DNA from: Isurus oxyrinchus
Lineage: Eukaryota
Reading direction: 5' to 3'
Assembly: GCA_026770705.1 (NCBI GenBank)
Contig: JANJGN010000011.1
Location: forward strand, 149,916,001-149,980,000
DNA: 64,000 bases
This document shows positions 12,655-25,498 of the stretch, piece by piece (position 1 is the first letter of the stretch; every line of letters starts with the position of its first letter). The position numbers were made by a program, and so were the translations under genes. Under the pieces are notes generated by a model. The model was not told the origin of the DNA. It did no database searches and saw nothing but the letters and a program-made list of their open reading frames with translations.

Positions 12655-12945
12655 TAGGAGTCGGGTATAGTCCCAAAATTAAAGCCATACCTTTCAGGAA
12701 TGAAATTAAGGAAACATTTCTTTGTGCAAGGGGTGGTAAAGTTTGGAACGCTCCTCTGGAAAGGGCAAATGATGCTGGATTAATTCTTAGTTTTAAAACT
12801 GAGATTGATAGATTTTTGTTAGCCAAAGGTATTAGGGGACATGGGACAAAGGTGGGTAAATGGAGTTAAGTTGCAAATCAGCCATAATTGCATTGAAGCA
12901 CAGGCTTTGATGGGCTAAAAGACCTACTCTTGTTCCTATATTCTC
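12655..12945 (+). mobile_element. CR1 LINE 3' fragment
   Basis: FRNEIKETF...V.K.WN...SFKTEIDRFL. Confidence 0.75.
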
Positions 12946-13329
12946 TCCAGTATTCAAACTTTATTCCATTGTAATTTTATTTTTGACCAAAATGCATTAT
13001 ATTTTTTTTAAAACTCAACGTAGATGGAATTTTATTTGTACTTACATGCCTCTTTTGGGTGTCTTTATTTAAAGTGCAATATCGAATTGTCTGCCCATGA
13101 AGTATCCTGCCTCATTTTCTCCTCCATTATCTACAATAATTGGGTGTGCTCTTTGCAGGGGTTGGGTGGGGGGATAAAGGGGGCTAATCCAATATTATCC
13201 AATTTGAACAATAGTCCAATGTTAAAATTGATCCTCTTGACTCAGTTGTCAAGTATTTTTTGAGCATAGCTTTAATCTGTAGAGATTTCATTAAACAAAA
13301 TGCTTGCCTTTAGTAATATTTTTCACTGG

Positions 13330-13640
13330 AACATAGCAGGAGGAGGCCATTCAGCCCGACGATCATGGCTGATGATCCACTTCAATGCCTTTTTCCCACA
13401 CTATCCCCATATTCCTTTTCGCCATTGCTATTTAGAAATCTGTCAATCTCTGCTTTAGACATTCTGAGCTTCCTCATCCCTTCCAGGGTAGAGAATTTCC
13501 AAAGGTTCACAACCCTCTGAGTAAAAAGATTTCTTCTCATCTCAGTATTAAGTGGCTTCCCCTTTATTTTGAAATTACATCGCTTGGCTCTAGGTTCCCC
13601 TAGCAGGGGAAGCATCTTGCCTATATCTACCCTGTCTATT
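13330..13640 (-). mobile_element. CR1 LINE 3' fragment
   Basis: TEMRRNLFTQRVVNLW...KAEIDRFL. Confidence 0.8.
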
Positions 13641-14114
13641 CAGGCAGGTTTATATTTGTAATTTGCTCTCAGGCAGCATGAGTAATTCTTTTTTAGATTC
13701 TTATTGAGTCTGGCTAAGTTTCAGAGCCAGCTAGAGAATGCTGATGACCCAGACTGAGATCAGAGTTTGGCTGCAGTGTTGGATAGCAGTGTTATGTCTA
13801 AGAGCGTAGAGTTTAACTAAAGAAAATGAAGATATGTAACACTTCAACCTGAGCTGTTGGATATTGCTTGAAATGCTTTCTTTCCTGGGAGATGATGTAA
13901 TCAGGTCAAAACATGGAAAGGTTTTGTGTTAAAGCCGGCCAACATAATGACAGATCAAAAATAGCAGAGGTTTTATCTGCAATCAATGGTTTTTAATTAG
14001 TTTTTGTACATTAGTCCCTTAAAGCTCTATTTCCAGACAAATCCCAATCTCTTAAAGCTATATCTCCAGACAAATCAAAACTTCAATAAGCAGTTTAATT
14101 GTACTTGCTATAGG

Positions 14115-14510
14115 AGGGGATGGTGGTGCAATGGTAATGTCCGCTGGACTAGTAATCTCAAGACACAGGTTAATGCTCTGGGGACATGGGTTCAAATCCC
14201 ACCACAGCAGCTGGGGGATGTTTCAATTAATAAATCTGGAATATAAAGCTAGTCTTACTAATGGTGATCATGAAGCTATCATTGATTGTCGTTAAAAAAA
14301 AACACATCTTGTTCACTAATGTCCTCCCTTTAGGGAAGGGAAATCTGTTGCCCTTACCTGCACTGGGCTACATGTGACTCCAGACCCACAGCCTCTTAAC
14401 CACCCCCTGAAATGGCCTAGCAAGCCATTCAGTAAAGGGCAATTAGGGATGGGCAACAAATGCTGGTCTTGCCAGCGATGACAACATCCCATGAAAGACT
14501 AAAGATAAGA
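14115..14510 (+). mobile_element. tRNA-derived SINE sharing its 3' tail with the 17243-type LINE
   Basis: A-box tggtgcaatgg, B-box ggttcaaatcc, tail gggcaattagggatgggcaacaaatgctgg...catcccatgaa. Confidence 0.82.
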
Positions 14511-15611
14511 AGTAAATTGATCTTAAGACAGCCTATAACTTTTCCATCGTGTCAGAAATTGCTGTTGCCTTAAATGGGGCCAGTGGGAACCTTGTAATTT
14601 AATCAGCCCAAACTAGCTTGGTGAGCTGGGGGTAGGGGATATGGATGAGGGTGAAGAAGCACTCTTGCTCCTCTTGACCCACAAGCAGTGCTGGAAAGGC
14701 ATGTATCTTTTCCAAGCAGCAGTCCTCAACTCCCTTTTGCTGCTGGGTATCCTGAACCCCAGAAACCCATCCTACCAAGGTGTAACCCAAAAATGGGAAT
14801 GAAATCTGCGAGATGCAGCTTTATTAAAATATTTAAATGAGCGAATCTCCCCCCACCCCCTTGCACTTCCATTAAAACCAGAAGTAGGTGGATTGGAGAT
14901 AGATTGGATTTGGGGTTGAGTTTTTTAATAAGTTTATATTCTACCTGCCACAAGCCCACCAGTTTTGGGGGGGTTAAACTTCTTCTCTATGACTGACACC
15001 CTACAATATACTCTCCATTCAAAGTTAATTAATCTATATGGCCTAATAATTCTATTGATTCAGCTTCAAATTCCCACATTTTTGTGTTATTTATATTGGA
15101 TACTGTGAATTTTGCAAAATAATCTTCAAACCAAAAAATGTAATAGATTGTATCCAGTTTCAGTTTTGCAAAATAAGTACTTTAAAAAGCAAAATAGTAT
15201 TATTTAACTAGGCAATATTTTCAATATCCTACTTTATAAATATTCAGTGAAATTTCGGATTGGGTCAGGGCTTGTGCTTATACAGGTAAGGAGTTAAATG
15301 ATAAGGTGCATCCTATTAAAACAACCTTTCCAACTGTCTAAAAAATTATAGTATGGGTATTGTTTACCATTTTAGAAATTTCTGTCAGACTTTCACAAAA
15401 GAAATCTTGCACACCTTAAAACCTAATGACATGGCACTGTAGACATAAATGCAAATTACAAGCTAGGTTTAAATAGCCCTGTGAGATCTAGCGGTGCACA
15501 CTATTTGGAGTATTGGTATGCTGTGTCACAGCAGAAGACAAATTCTCAACTATCGTTCTTAGTTTAAATTGCCCTATTGCAGGGGCTCTGAAAAGAGGCT
15601 GGACAAAGGCA

Positions 15612-16345
15612 CACAAACAACTTGCATTTATATAGTGCCCTTAACAGAGTAAAGCAGCCCAAACCACTTCCAGAGCATTATCGAACAAAATTGGACACTG
15701 AGCCACATAAGAAGAGAATGGATGTGATGACCAAAAGCCTGATCAAAGAGTTATTTTTAAGGAGTGTCTGAAAGGAGGAAAGAGAAGCAGACAGGTTTGG
15801 GGAGGGATGTCCAGAGCTTGGGGCTTTGGCCGCTGAAGGCACAACTGCCTGTAGTGGAATGATTAAAATTGTAGGTGCTGACGATGTTAGAATTGGAGCT
15901 GTAGCAGATATCTCAGAGGATTGTAGGGATGGCGGAGGTTACAGAGGTAAGGAGGGAAGAGGCCATGGGGGGATTTAAGAATAAGGATGAGAATTTTTAA
16001 ATCAAGACCATGTTGATCAGTGAACACACGGGTGATGGGTGAATAGAAATTTGGTTCAGTTAAGTTAGGACACAACAGAGTTTTGGATGACCTCAAGTTT
16101 ATAGAGGGTAGGGTGTAGGAGGCCAGCCAGCTGTGCATTGGAATAGTCTGGTCTAGAGGTAACAAAGCCATGGATGAGGGTTTCAGCAGTGGATGAGCTG
16201 AGGCAGAAGAGGAGTTAAGTGATATTATGGCGATGGAAGTAAGCAGTCTTGGTGTTGACACAGATATGTGGTCGGGGTTTCATCTTGAGGTCAAATATGG
16301 TGCAAAAGTTACAAACTGTCTCAGCTGCTCGCCATGGAGATGATG
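15612..16345 (-). mobile_element. L2 LINE 3' fragment
   Basis: Minus strand encodes KTAYFH...LSSSTAETLIHGFVTSRLDYSNA, with the L2-type tail ...tatataaatgcaagttg. Confidence 0.82.
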
Positions 16346-16757
16346 GAGGAAGTGGCTCTTATCTGTACTCGGGAAGCAGGCATTTTGCGCATGGCAACAC
16401 AACAGAATTGGTAATTGAATAACCAGTTAATCTATCTTTTGATGGCATTGTTGGAGGAAGGAATGCTGGTCCGGAGAATACCCTACTCTTCTTCAAAAAA
16501 TGCCATGAAATCTTTAATGGACCAGTGGTTAACTGTTTCACCCAATGGACAACAATTTTGACATTGCCGCGCTGCCTCAAGTACTGGGCTTAACAATCTA
16601 CCTGGATGGTGTGTGCTGAAGTTCCGCAATAAAGTTTGAACATTCAAACCTCTCATTCAGAGCTGTGGGAGCAACCAACTGAGCCAACTCAATCAAATAA
16701 AAATTATGATAAGGTCACTTAGATTGAGAGCTTTCCAGTGCCTAGTGGCACATGAGG

Positions 16758-17085
16758 CAGATAAGATGTTACCCCTGGCTGGTGAGTCAAGAACCATCGG
16801 CCACTGTCTCAGAATAAAGGGCAGGCCATTTCAAATTGAGATGAGGAGGAATTTCTTCACTCAGAGGGTGGTGAATCTTTGAAATTCTCTACCCCAGAGG
16901 GCTGTGGAAGTTCAATCGTTGAGCATGTTCAAGACAGAAATCGATAGATTTCTGGAGACCAATGACATCAAGAGATATGGGGTTCGCACAGAAAAGTGAC
17001 GTTGAGGTAGATGATCAGCAATGATCAAATTGAATGGCAGGGCAGGCTCGACGGGCCGAATGGTCTGCTCCTGTTCCTGTGATCC
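16758..17085 (+). mobile_element. CR1 LINE 3' fragment
   Basis: gagatgaggaggaatttcttcactcagagggtggtgaatcttt...gggccgaatgg. Confidence 0.82.
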
Positions 17086-17242
17086 AGACAAAGCACATGC
17101 TTATGTCCTATATTTGAACTCGTGTCTCTAGGGTGTCACCAGGGTATTAGCCTGGGCCTCTAGATCACTAATCCAATGATATTGCCATATGCCACCATCT
17201 CCCTCTGAAAGCATGAAACTGTAATAAATGTTCTGGCTTTAC

Positions 17243-18445
17243 TTTTTTTAAAAATCATACATGGAATGTGGGCTTCGCTGGCTGGGCCAGTAATTATTGC
17301 CCGTCCCTAGTTGCCCTTGAGAAGATGGTGGTGAGCTGCCTTCTTGAACTGTTGCAGTCCATGTGGTGTAGGTACACCCACAGTGCTGTTAGGGAGGGCT
17401 TTCCAGGATTTTGACCCAGCGACAGTAAAGGAACAGGGATATATTTCCAAGTCAGGATAGTGAGTGACTTGGAGGGGAGCTTCCAGGTCCTAATATTCCC
17501 ATGTATCTACTACCTTTGTCCTTCTAGATAGTGCTGGTCATGGATTTGGAAGGTGCTGTCTAAGGAGTCTTGGTGAATTCTTGCATTGCATCTTGTAGGT
17601 GGTACACACAGCTGCTACTGTGCATCAGTGGTGGAGGGACTTAATGTTTGTGGATGTGGTGCCAATCAAGTAGGCTGCTTTTTCCTAGATGGTGTCAAGC
17701 TTCTCGGGTGTTGTGGGAGCTGCACTTATCCAGGCAAGTGGGGAGTATTCCATCACACTCCTGACTTGTGCCTTGTAGGTGGTGGACAGGCTTTGAGGAG
17801 TCAGGAGATGAGTTACTCATCACAGGATTCCTAGCCTCTGACCTGCTCTTGTAGCCACAGTATTTATATGGCTAGTCCAGTTCAGTTTCAGCCCAATGGT
17901 AACCCCCAGGATGTTGATAATGGGGGATTCAGTGATGGTAATGCCATTGAACGTAAAAGGGCGATGGTTAGATTCTCTCTTGTAGGAGATGGTCATTGCC
18001 CGACACTTGTGTGGTGCAAATATTATTTGCTACTTGTCAGCCCAAGCCTGGATATTGTCCAGGCCTTGCTGCATTTGGACATGGACTGCTTCAGTAATTG
18101 AGAAGTTGCGAATGGTGCTGAACATTGTGCAGTCATCAGTGAACATGCCCACTTCTGACTTTGTGATGGAAGGAAGGACATTGATGAAGCAGCTGAAGAT
18201 GGTTGGGCTGAGGACACTACCCTGAGGAACTCCTGTGGTGACGTCCTGGAGCTGAGATGACTGACATCCAACAACCACAACCATCTTTCTTTGTGCTAGG
18301 TACGACTCCAACCAGTGGAGAGTTTTCCCATTGACTGCAGTTTTGCTAATTGATGCCACACTCGGTCAAATGCTGCCTTGATGTCAAGGGCAGTCACTCT
18401 CACCTCACCTTGGGAATTCAGCTCTTTTGTCCATAGTTGAACTTG
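17243..18445 (-). mobile_element. 5'-truncated CR1-group LINE (RT remnant)
   Basis: GVPQGSVLSPTIFSCFIN...MFTDDC and ALDIKAAFDRVWH RT motifs. The 3' tail is shared with the tRNA SINEs. Confidence 0.88.
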
Positions 18446-18936
18446 TACTTGCCTGGAATTACACTGCGGCAGAGAAGGTATTGTAAGTAAATTCTGTCCT
18501 GACATTTTGCAGGACTCCATAGACGCCTCAACTGTTATTGTACGAATTAACTGACTGGGCAACAGGAAATTTCCTGTATAGTGATGTTTAAGTTTGATTC
18601 AAGTGTCCAGAACTGTCTGAGCTGTTTAAATATCCACTTCTCATCCCTCATCTTCAGTGTTAAATTTATCACTGATATATGAAAGGAAAATATGTTTAAA
18701 AAATATGGGGAAATAAAATACAATTACAGCAAATTGTCAGAGATTGTCCACATTTTAGAAAAAATATTTGGTCGTTGTGATATTTGTCAAGATTGGCCAA
18801 AGGAATACATTTTAAATTCTTTTGACCTAGCGTCACCTATAAGCACTCTTGGGTCAAGTGTGCCTTGATTAAATGCAGAATAAAGAGTCTTTTACTCTGT
18901 TCCATAACATGCCTTCAGCAAAATCTGAAAACAGCA

Positions 18937-19628
18937 GGTAGAATCTTCTGCTCTCATTGGTGAGCTTTGAGGCGGGAGGGACATGTATTTAAGTGGGATG
19001 GTGGTGTACCAGAACCCCGCTGCCCTCCTGTCTCTGCCAGAATCAAGTTCTGAGCAAGAAGATCCATGATTGACTTTCCTACCCTTATTGAGGCCCTTAA
19101 TTGGCCAATTCATGACCACTTAAGGGCCTTATTCCACCGCCACTGGTATTAACTCAGTGGCGGGCAGGTCTGTCCATGTGCATGACAGGTAAAACTGTGC
19201 GGCCAGCTTGTCATCTCTGGAGGGGCTCCCTTAATCAAAAGCACCTGGTGCCTGAATACTCAACCCCCCCCCCCGCTCCCCCCCATACCCCTTTCCCAAA
19301 GACTCCCCTCCCATGATACTCATCCCCCCCCCCACATTACTTTCCTGTGGCCTGGGTTGCTGCATGATCCTGGGACTCTGGTGCCCATCCTTCCAGCAGC
19401 AGCAGCCATCACCTCTGCTGTGTCGCTGCCGAGCACAAGACCTGTCACCCTCTGATTGGCCGGCAGCTCTCAATAGGTGAGACTTTCGCCCACCCCTCCT
19501 TCTGAGGTCTCGCCACTGCCTGATTGGCCTATGGTTTGACGGGCCTTCTCAAAAAAAGGTAGCGTGGGTCTCTCGCTGTCTCCCCAACCAGCAGGTAAGA
19601 CCCCTGATGCCTCAACAAGATTCTGCAC
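18937..19628. mobile_element. Harbinger-like non-autonomous TIR element
   Basis: GGTAGAATCTT...AAGATTCTGCAC, with internal gaggcccttaattggccaatt. Confidence 0.65.
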
Positions 19629-20558
19629 AACTTCTCCATTACACATCTATGAATGTTCTCACTTTCTGGCCACCCTTGTGATCCCCCTGAAAGAGAGTGC
19701 CAACTTATTGTAAACTCCTGCCCAACGGCTCGAAAAATTATTCCTTGTTTCTGAGTTGAGACGCGTCAAATGCATTTCACATTAAGACTCTTAAAATTCA
19801 GTGGAGGAACTAGATTTCAGCCCATTAGACCTGGCTTCAATCAAACCTGTGTCTCAAAGGTGAAAGAATGCTAACTCACTATTCCACCCAGCCCTTCATC
19901 TTTTTCTGATTAAACACCTCCAAAATACATTACAACTTAATTTTGCATCATAATATGAATTTATTTGTATTTGCTAATGAAACATTTAATTTCCTTGAAA
20001 TCCACCACCATTTCTTATAGTGAATCTAATTTGCAGTACACTTTGTAAGAGGAAAGTGGAACCAGACCTAAAGCAATATCCAAACAGTGATGATCCTCTT
20101 TTCTTAAAGGCAACAATAGCACATAACGTTCTGCTCCTCTCTGGTATAATGGTAGCCTGCATTCCAGAACAATCTTTAAAATTACCACTGGGTCACTTAG
20201 CTATAGGTTTCTCTTTGTTTAAAGCAGGAATATTAAATTGTTTCAGTTTTATGAGCAAGTGTGCCGCACCATTTCCTGTCTCATGTCTGTCTGATATTGC
20301 TCCATATCAATGTAGAGCAAAATTCCATTAAAAATAAATTATATCTCACTTGTAGATACATATTAATGCTGAATGAATTGTCTCATTCAGTCTCTGATGA
20401 TACTGAGGAAGGAAAGTCAATACCAACATGCAATTAGTACAATTTGTACATTAAATATATACTTTTTGGCGATCCAGAGACAAATCAATATCTGCGATCT
20501 GCTAAGCCATCTTTGCCACAGCAACTTGGGTCTCTGTATCTCCAATATTATTGAATTA

Positions 20559-21141
20559 GAACAAAGAACAAAGAAAAGTACAGCACAGGAACAGGCCCTT
20601 CGGCCCTCCAAGCCTGCGCTGATCATATTGCCCGTCAACTAAAACATTTTGCACTTCCGGGGTCCGTAACCCTCTATTCCCATCCTATTCATGTATTTGT
20701 CAAGCTGCCTCTTAAACACCACTATCCGTACCTGCTTCCACCACCTCCTCTGGCAGCGAATTCCAGACACTCACTACCCTCTGCGTAAAAAACTTGCCCG
20801 CACATCTCCTCTATAGTTTTCTCCTCTCACCTTAAATCTATGTCCCCTAGTGATTGACGCATCCACCCTAGGAAAAAGCTTCTGACTATCTACTCTGTCC
20901 ATGCCACTCATAATTTCGTAAACTTCTATCAAGTCGCCCCTCAATCTCCGTCGCTCTAAAGAGAACAATCCGAGTTTCTCCAACCTCTCCTCATAGCTAA
21001 TAACCTCCAGACCAGACAGCTTCCTGGTAAACCTCCTCTGCACCCTCTCCAACACCTCCATATCCTTCTGGTAATGTGGCGACCAAAATTGTACGCAATA
21101 TTCCAAGTGTGGCCTAACCAAGGTTCTGTACAGTTGCAGCA
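20559..21141 (-). mobile_element. CR1 (HER1-like) LINE 3' fragment
   Basis: LYRTLVRPHLEYCVQFWSP...LERRRLRGDLIEVY, (AGAACAA)n tail, TSD TGAATTA at 20552-20558 and 21142-21148. Confidence 0.9.
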
Positions 21142-22384
21142 TGAATTACTTGCCTATTAATTAGAGTTTACCAAGGATGCAGCAAGGGGAGACATCGAGA
21201 AGAGCATCAGAATATTTGAGTCTGGTAGTGACAAAGGCCTAAAATGAGGGGCTTAGTGACAGGTGGGTTGAGCAAGGGACAGAGGTGAGGCATGTTATGG
21301 TGATGCATATGGAAAATCATCATAATGGATAGTGTATGGGGTGTAATGTTCAGCCCAGGATCAAATGAAGTGTGGAGTTTGCGACCAGTCTGATTGAGCT
21401 TGAGGCAATGTCCAGGGTTGGGTGTACAAATAGTAGCAAGGGTATAAAATATAGAATTAGGGCTGAAAACAATAATGCAGATGCCAGGGGGTAAGTCAGA
21501 TGTTGTACAGATGCTATGGCGAGATTGGACAGTGAAGAATGGAACCAAGTGTCGGCAATCCTATGGAGCTGGACAGTGGAGGAAATACATTTAAGCACCA
21601 TCGTCCAGTCAAGCATGTTAAAAGACTTCAGAGAGGATGAGGCCAGAAAATTCATCCAAATGGTGTCATTTGTGCCTTATAGTTTTGGGTATTTTAATGG
21701 AATTGCGGAGAAGAAGTCTGATAGAAGAGATTAAAACATGGAGTAAGGTGAGCACAAATCAGATAGTAGAAAACACATTCAAGAGCTTGGAAGGGAGCTG
21801 AGAGATTGGAGATGGTGGGATAGAAATTGAACCTTGTTGCACTCCAAGGACGCCTGAAAACAAACCAATCCCAAAATGGGGTCAGGTTAGTTTTCAGCTA
21901 ATGAGGACCCTACCTTGGCTTGGAATCCTTGGGACAAAGTTTGCTGCCTGGTACTCCTCTCTAGTTTTCTAGACGCGGCTGAGACCTAATCAGCGGCAGC
22001 CACCACTGAAACATCCATATTTGTACAACGCTTGTGAGGTTCCAGGATTTGCACATCCTGGCACCACTGCACCCCTGACAACCTTGAGCAGCCCTCCTCC
22101 TACAAACCCCTGCCCAAAGACACTTACCTGAAGGCTCATGTTGGCAAGGCAAGTAGCTGGCAGTTTTTGTGAAGTAGGAGAAGTGATGGTGCAGACGATG
22201 ACAAGTCCAAAAACTTGATAAAACTGAGGCTCAGGAACTAATTTTCAGTCAGCTTTTGGCCTCCCCGTTGGCCCACATTCTGGCTGTGAAGTGTGGGACC
22301 AGATAAACCTTTGAGTCTGATGTGTTGGTTTGCAAGGGCAGGGAGGGTTGTCGCAGGGTTTTTTGAGGAAGGGTTGATGACAGA

Positions 22385-23696
22385 GGGTGGAATTTTCGGT
22401 GCCCGTTGGCATCGGGCATCTTGGCAGGCGTGAGCGGACAATATGGTGGGAGGGCCAAAAACGGATGTCACGACATCGTGAAATCAGTTTGCAGTCGTCC
22501 GCTCAGCCTGTTAGTGGTGGGCAGCGTTTCCCACCACTGCACACTGGGAGCTTCATTTTAATATATCTGCATGTCATTATAAGCCCTGCTCGCTGGAATC
22601 ATCCCCCCACGATGGATCATCTGGGCACGTTGGCGTGATTGCGCGCCATTGTGTTTCACAACTGTACGTAAGTGATGTGCACCCTGGCGAGCAGCACTTT
22701 GCTCGGGACTTCGAGGTTTGTTTGCCTACCTTGCTTCGGGCAGCACTCGTGGTCATCAGCGCCAGGCTTTGCAGGCAGCACCACCACTTTTAGGGGGGGT
22801 TCACGGGCAGGTGTCTACCTACCAGACCAGCTGTAAGGTGGGATCGCTTTTGAATGGCTGCAGGGCTAGGGCTTGCTTGGGGAAGGGGGAGAAGTGGCCT
22901 CAGGCAAGGGAAGAGGCTGTAGGATAAGGGCTGCACTGGGGAAGGAGGGTATCCCAGGGTGTGTGTGGGAACACATATTGATTTGTGCAAATGGCCTCAA
23001 GATGGCGAGGGCTGAGGAGGCTGTTTGCAGAGGAGATGAGGCCAGATGGAGATGTGAGGGTTTGTGTGTGAGAGAGTGAGTGGTGATGTCCCTGGAGCTG
23101 GCAGTGAGATGCCAGTGAATGTGTGATGGGCTTGTGAGTGTAAGAGCTTATAGTGTTGAGATGGTTGCGTTACCCTGGTGACACAGATGAGATCATTCAT
23201 CTGCTTTCCGCACTGGGTAGCTGACCTCTTGTGTGCAGCACTGGCACTGATCACCTCTGCCATTGCCTACCAAGCTGGGGCGGTGAGACTGATGGGCCTC
23301 CTGCGGCCAGAGAGGGGGTAGAGGGAATCACAGCGTGCCACCACGGTTGTCCAGAAGGCATCCCAGGGGATGCACCACTGAATCAGGAGGCTGTACACTT
23401 TTTGGATTTTGAAGCCATTTCTTTACTGGTACCTTCCTGGGCTGCAAGCATCGAGCACTGTGCACACAGCTGCAGTTTAAATATGGTGCCCTGCGTGAGG
23501 AAGCGGTGAGGTAACAATGTGACGGGTAAATTGGAGGCCGCCTGCCAGTGAAGTGGCGTGTTTCCTGTGGCTGCATAATTAACGAGGCGGGAGTGGGATG
23601 ATACAGAGCGAAAAGCTACTATGATGACAGGCAGGTAAACCATCCATTTTCCCATCTGCCTCTACACTTCAGTACAAACCTGGGACCATTCCGCCC
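22385..23696 (-). mobile_element. Harbinger deletion derivative with a decayed Myb/SANT-like ORF (~23174-23418)
   Basis: TIRs GGGTGGAATTT...CCATTCCGCCC. The minus strand encodes MASKSKK... and W.AMAEVISASAAHKRSATQCGKQMNDL, typical of the Harbinger Myb-like DNA-binding protein, with frameshifts. Confidence 0.75.
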
Positions 23697-23877
23697 GGTG
23701 GTTTTTGAAACATCAGGAACAATATTCAGGAGAACTGACCATTTACCAGCATGCAGGCCAAGAAGGAAGTTGCATGGTCAGTCACTAAGTAGAAATGGGG
23801 TCAAGGTTGCAGGATGTATGTCTCATGAATAAGATACATTTGGAGAGGGTATTAGGAAAGGAACTGGAAAAAGACAT

Positions 23878-24599
23878 GGGTCAGGATTTTTAGGATAGCG
23901 GGTCCTCCCTTCCTGCCACCTGAAGAGTCGGCGTGGAACACATCCCCACCGACTCCGACTGCACCACAGCCATTTCACGCTCCGACGAGCGTTAGTTGGA
24001 CGGAAGCGGGACTTCTGCCCCTTACTCGAAAGGATGTCCCTCTCTCGCCTGGGCAGTGCCAGAAGTTGCAGTGGCCAAGACTGGGGCTGCAGGCAGTCCT
24101 CAAAACCTAAGCCCTGAGATTCCAGCAATAGGTACGTTTTGGGGGCCTCGGGGCGAGGAGGGCTGGGGAGGCCTGGGTGGGTGGACAGTGGGGGATTGGG
24201 GTGTCGGCGGAGAGGCCGGGTTTGGTAGCGGGGGAGGTCCTGCGGTTACCAGACCTTAAATGAGGCCGGTGCTCAATGTTCAAAGGGGGCTGCTGATTGG
24301 AGGCACCCACCCCCAACAAGGCCTGAATTCCAATTTTTTTTTTGGGGGGGGGGCTTCCTCCATATTCCTGAACTCCTTCCGTCAGCCCGAAAATTGAGGC
24401 GAGGTGGGGAGCGGCCCTCAAGTGGCCAATAATTGACCACTTAAGGGCCTCAAATGGGGCAAGGTTGGGTGGGCCGGCCAAAGCCTCGCCCGTCCCAGTG
24501 TAAAATTGCAGAGAGCTCAGGGCAGGCGGGAACGCAGCAGGAAGCCCATTCGCGGAACTTGACGCTCGGCCCCCAGCAGGGCTGCATGAAATCCTGCCC
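23878..24599. mobile_element. Harbinger-like non-autonomous TIR element (family B)
   Basis: GGGTCAGGATTT...AAATCCTGCCC, GC-rich, with internal ggcccttaagtggccaattaa-type motifs shared with 18937, 40577 and 41808. Confidence 0.72.
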
Positions 24600-25498
24600 G
24601 TGGGCTCAGGGCTAGGGCCGTGGTGAGGTCAAGCGTATAGGGCAAGGGGTAGGGCTAAAGCAGTGAGGACAATTTTTGCGATCTTAATGATAAATTAATA
24701 GTTCAGTCGTGACTTTGAAGAATGGAGCTATTTCTTTGTCCTTCGTTTCTTCGCAACCTTAAGATATGTTTTTGCTAGCGAAAAGAGAAAAAAAAAATGC
24801 TGTACTTTTTTTCTAAAATTAAAGGTAACCGCGGGGGGAATGAATGAGTGTTCTCCAGGTTGCACCTGCTGACAGTAGCAGTGCCAATAAAGGGTTGAGT
24901 GTCCCTATTGCCCTGTCAGTGCCTCCTCCGAGCACCCATTTCCTTTCCGTCCTATTTAATAAAATATATCAGGCAGGTAACATTGGAAAAAAGAAGTGTA
25001 AGCTATTATTTGGGTTTCCTGCAAGCCACAATGACACAAGGAGCCTTAATTGGTTTTAATTCCCCATTTACACCTACACACCTGCTGGGTTCTGTGCTGG
25101 GAAACTCGCCAAATAACCTACAGGCTTCTTCTGCGTTTGACACCTACAACAACTCTATAAATTATCCAACAGATGGGGGGCTTTCTTCCGGCCACCCATC
25201 CTTTGGGTGTTTTGCCAACTCATCCTGTTGCCAAGCATCCTTTAGCTGGAAGAGAGATGATGGTCAGGTTTCTTCACAACCATCGTGAGTGTTGTTCTGT
25301 GGCTAAAGAAAAATTATCATAGAGACAAACCTGCGCTAAATTGTTGTCTCGTCAGAAACTGCTTGGCCCCACCAGCTTGCCCACGAGCGAGTGAACCTTA
25401 CTTTGGAAGGTTGGAGCCTGATGCTGTGGTGAGCAGTTGTCCAAGAAAGCTAACCCTTGTGGAATAAAACAAATTGCAGCTCCTCCTTGAGTAAATGT

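Noticed and set aside
14115-14205. tRNA gene
   Set aside because: A and B boxes are present, but it is the head of a multi-copy SINE with a LINE-derived tail and no proper cloverleaf.
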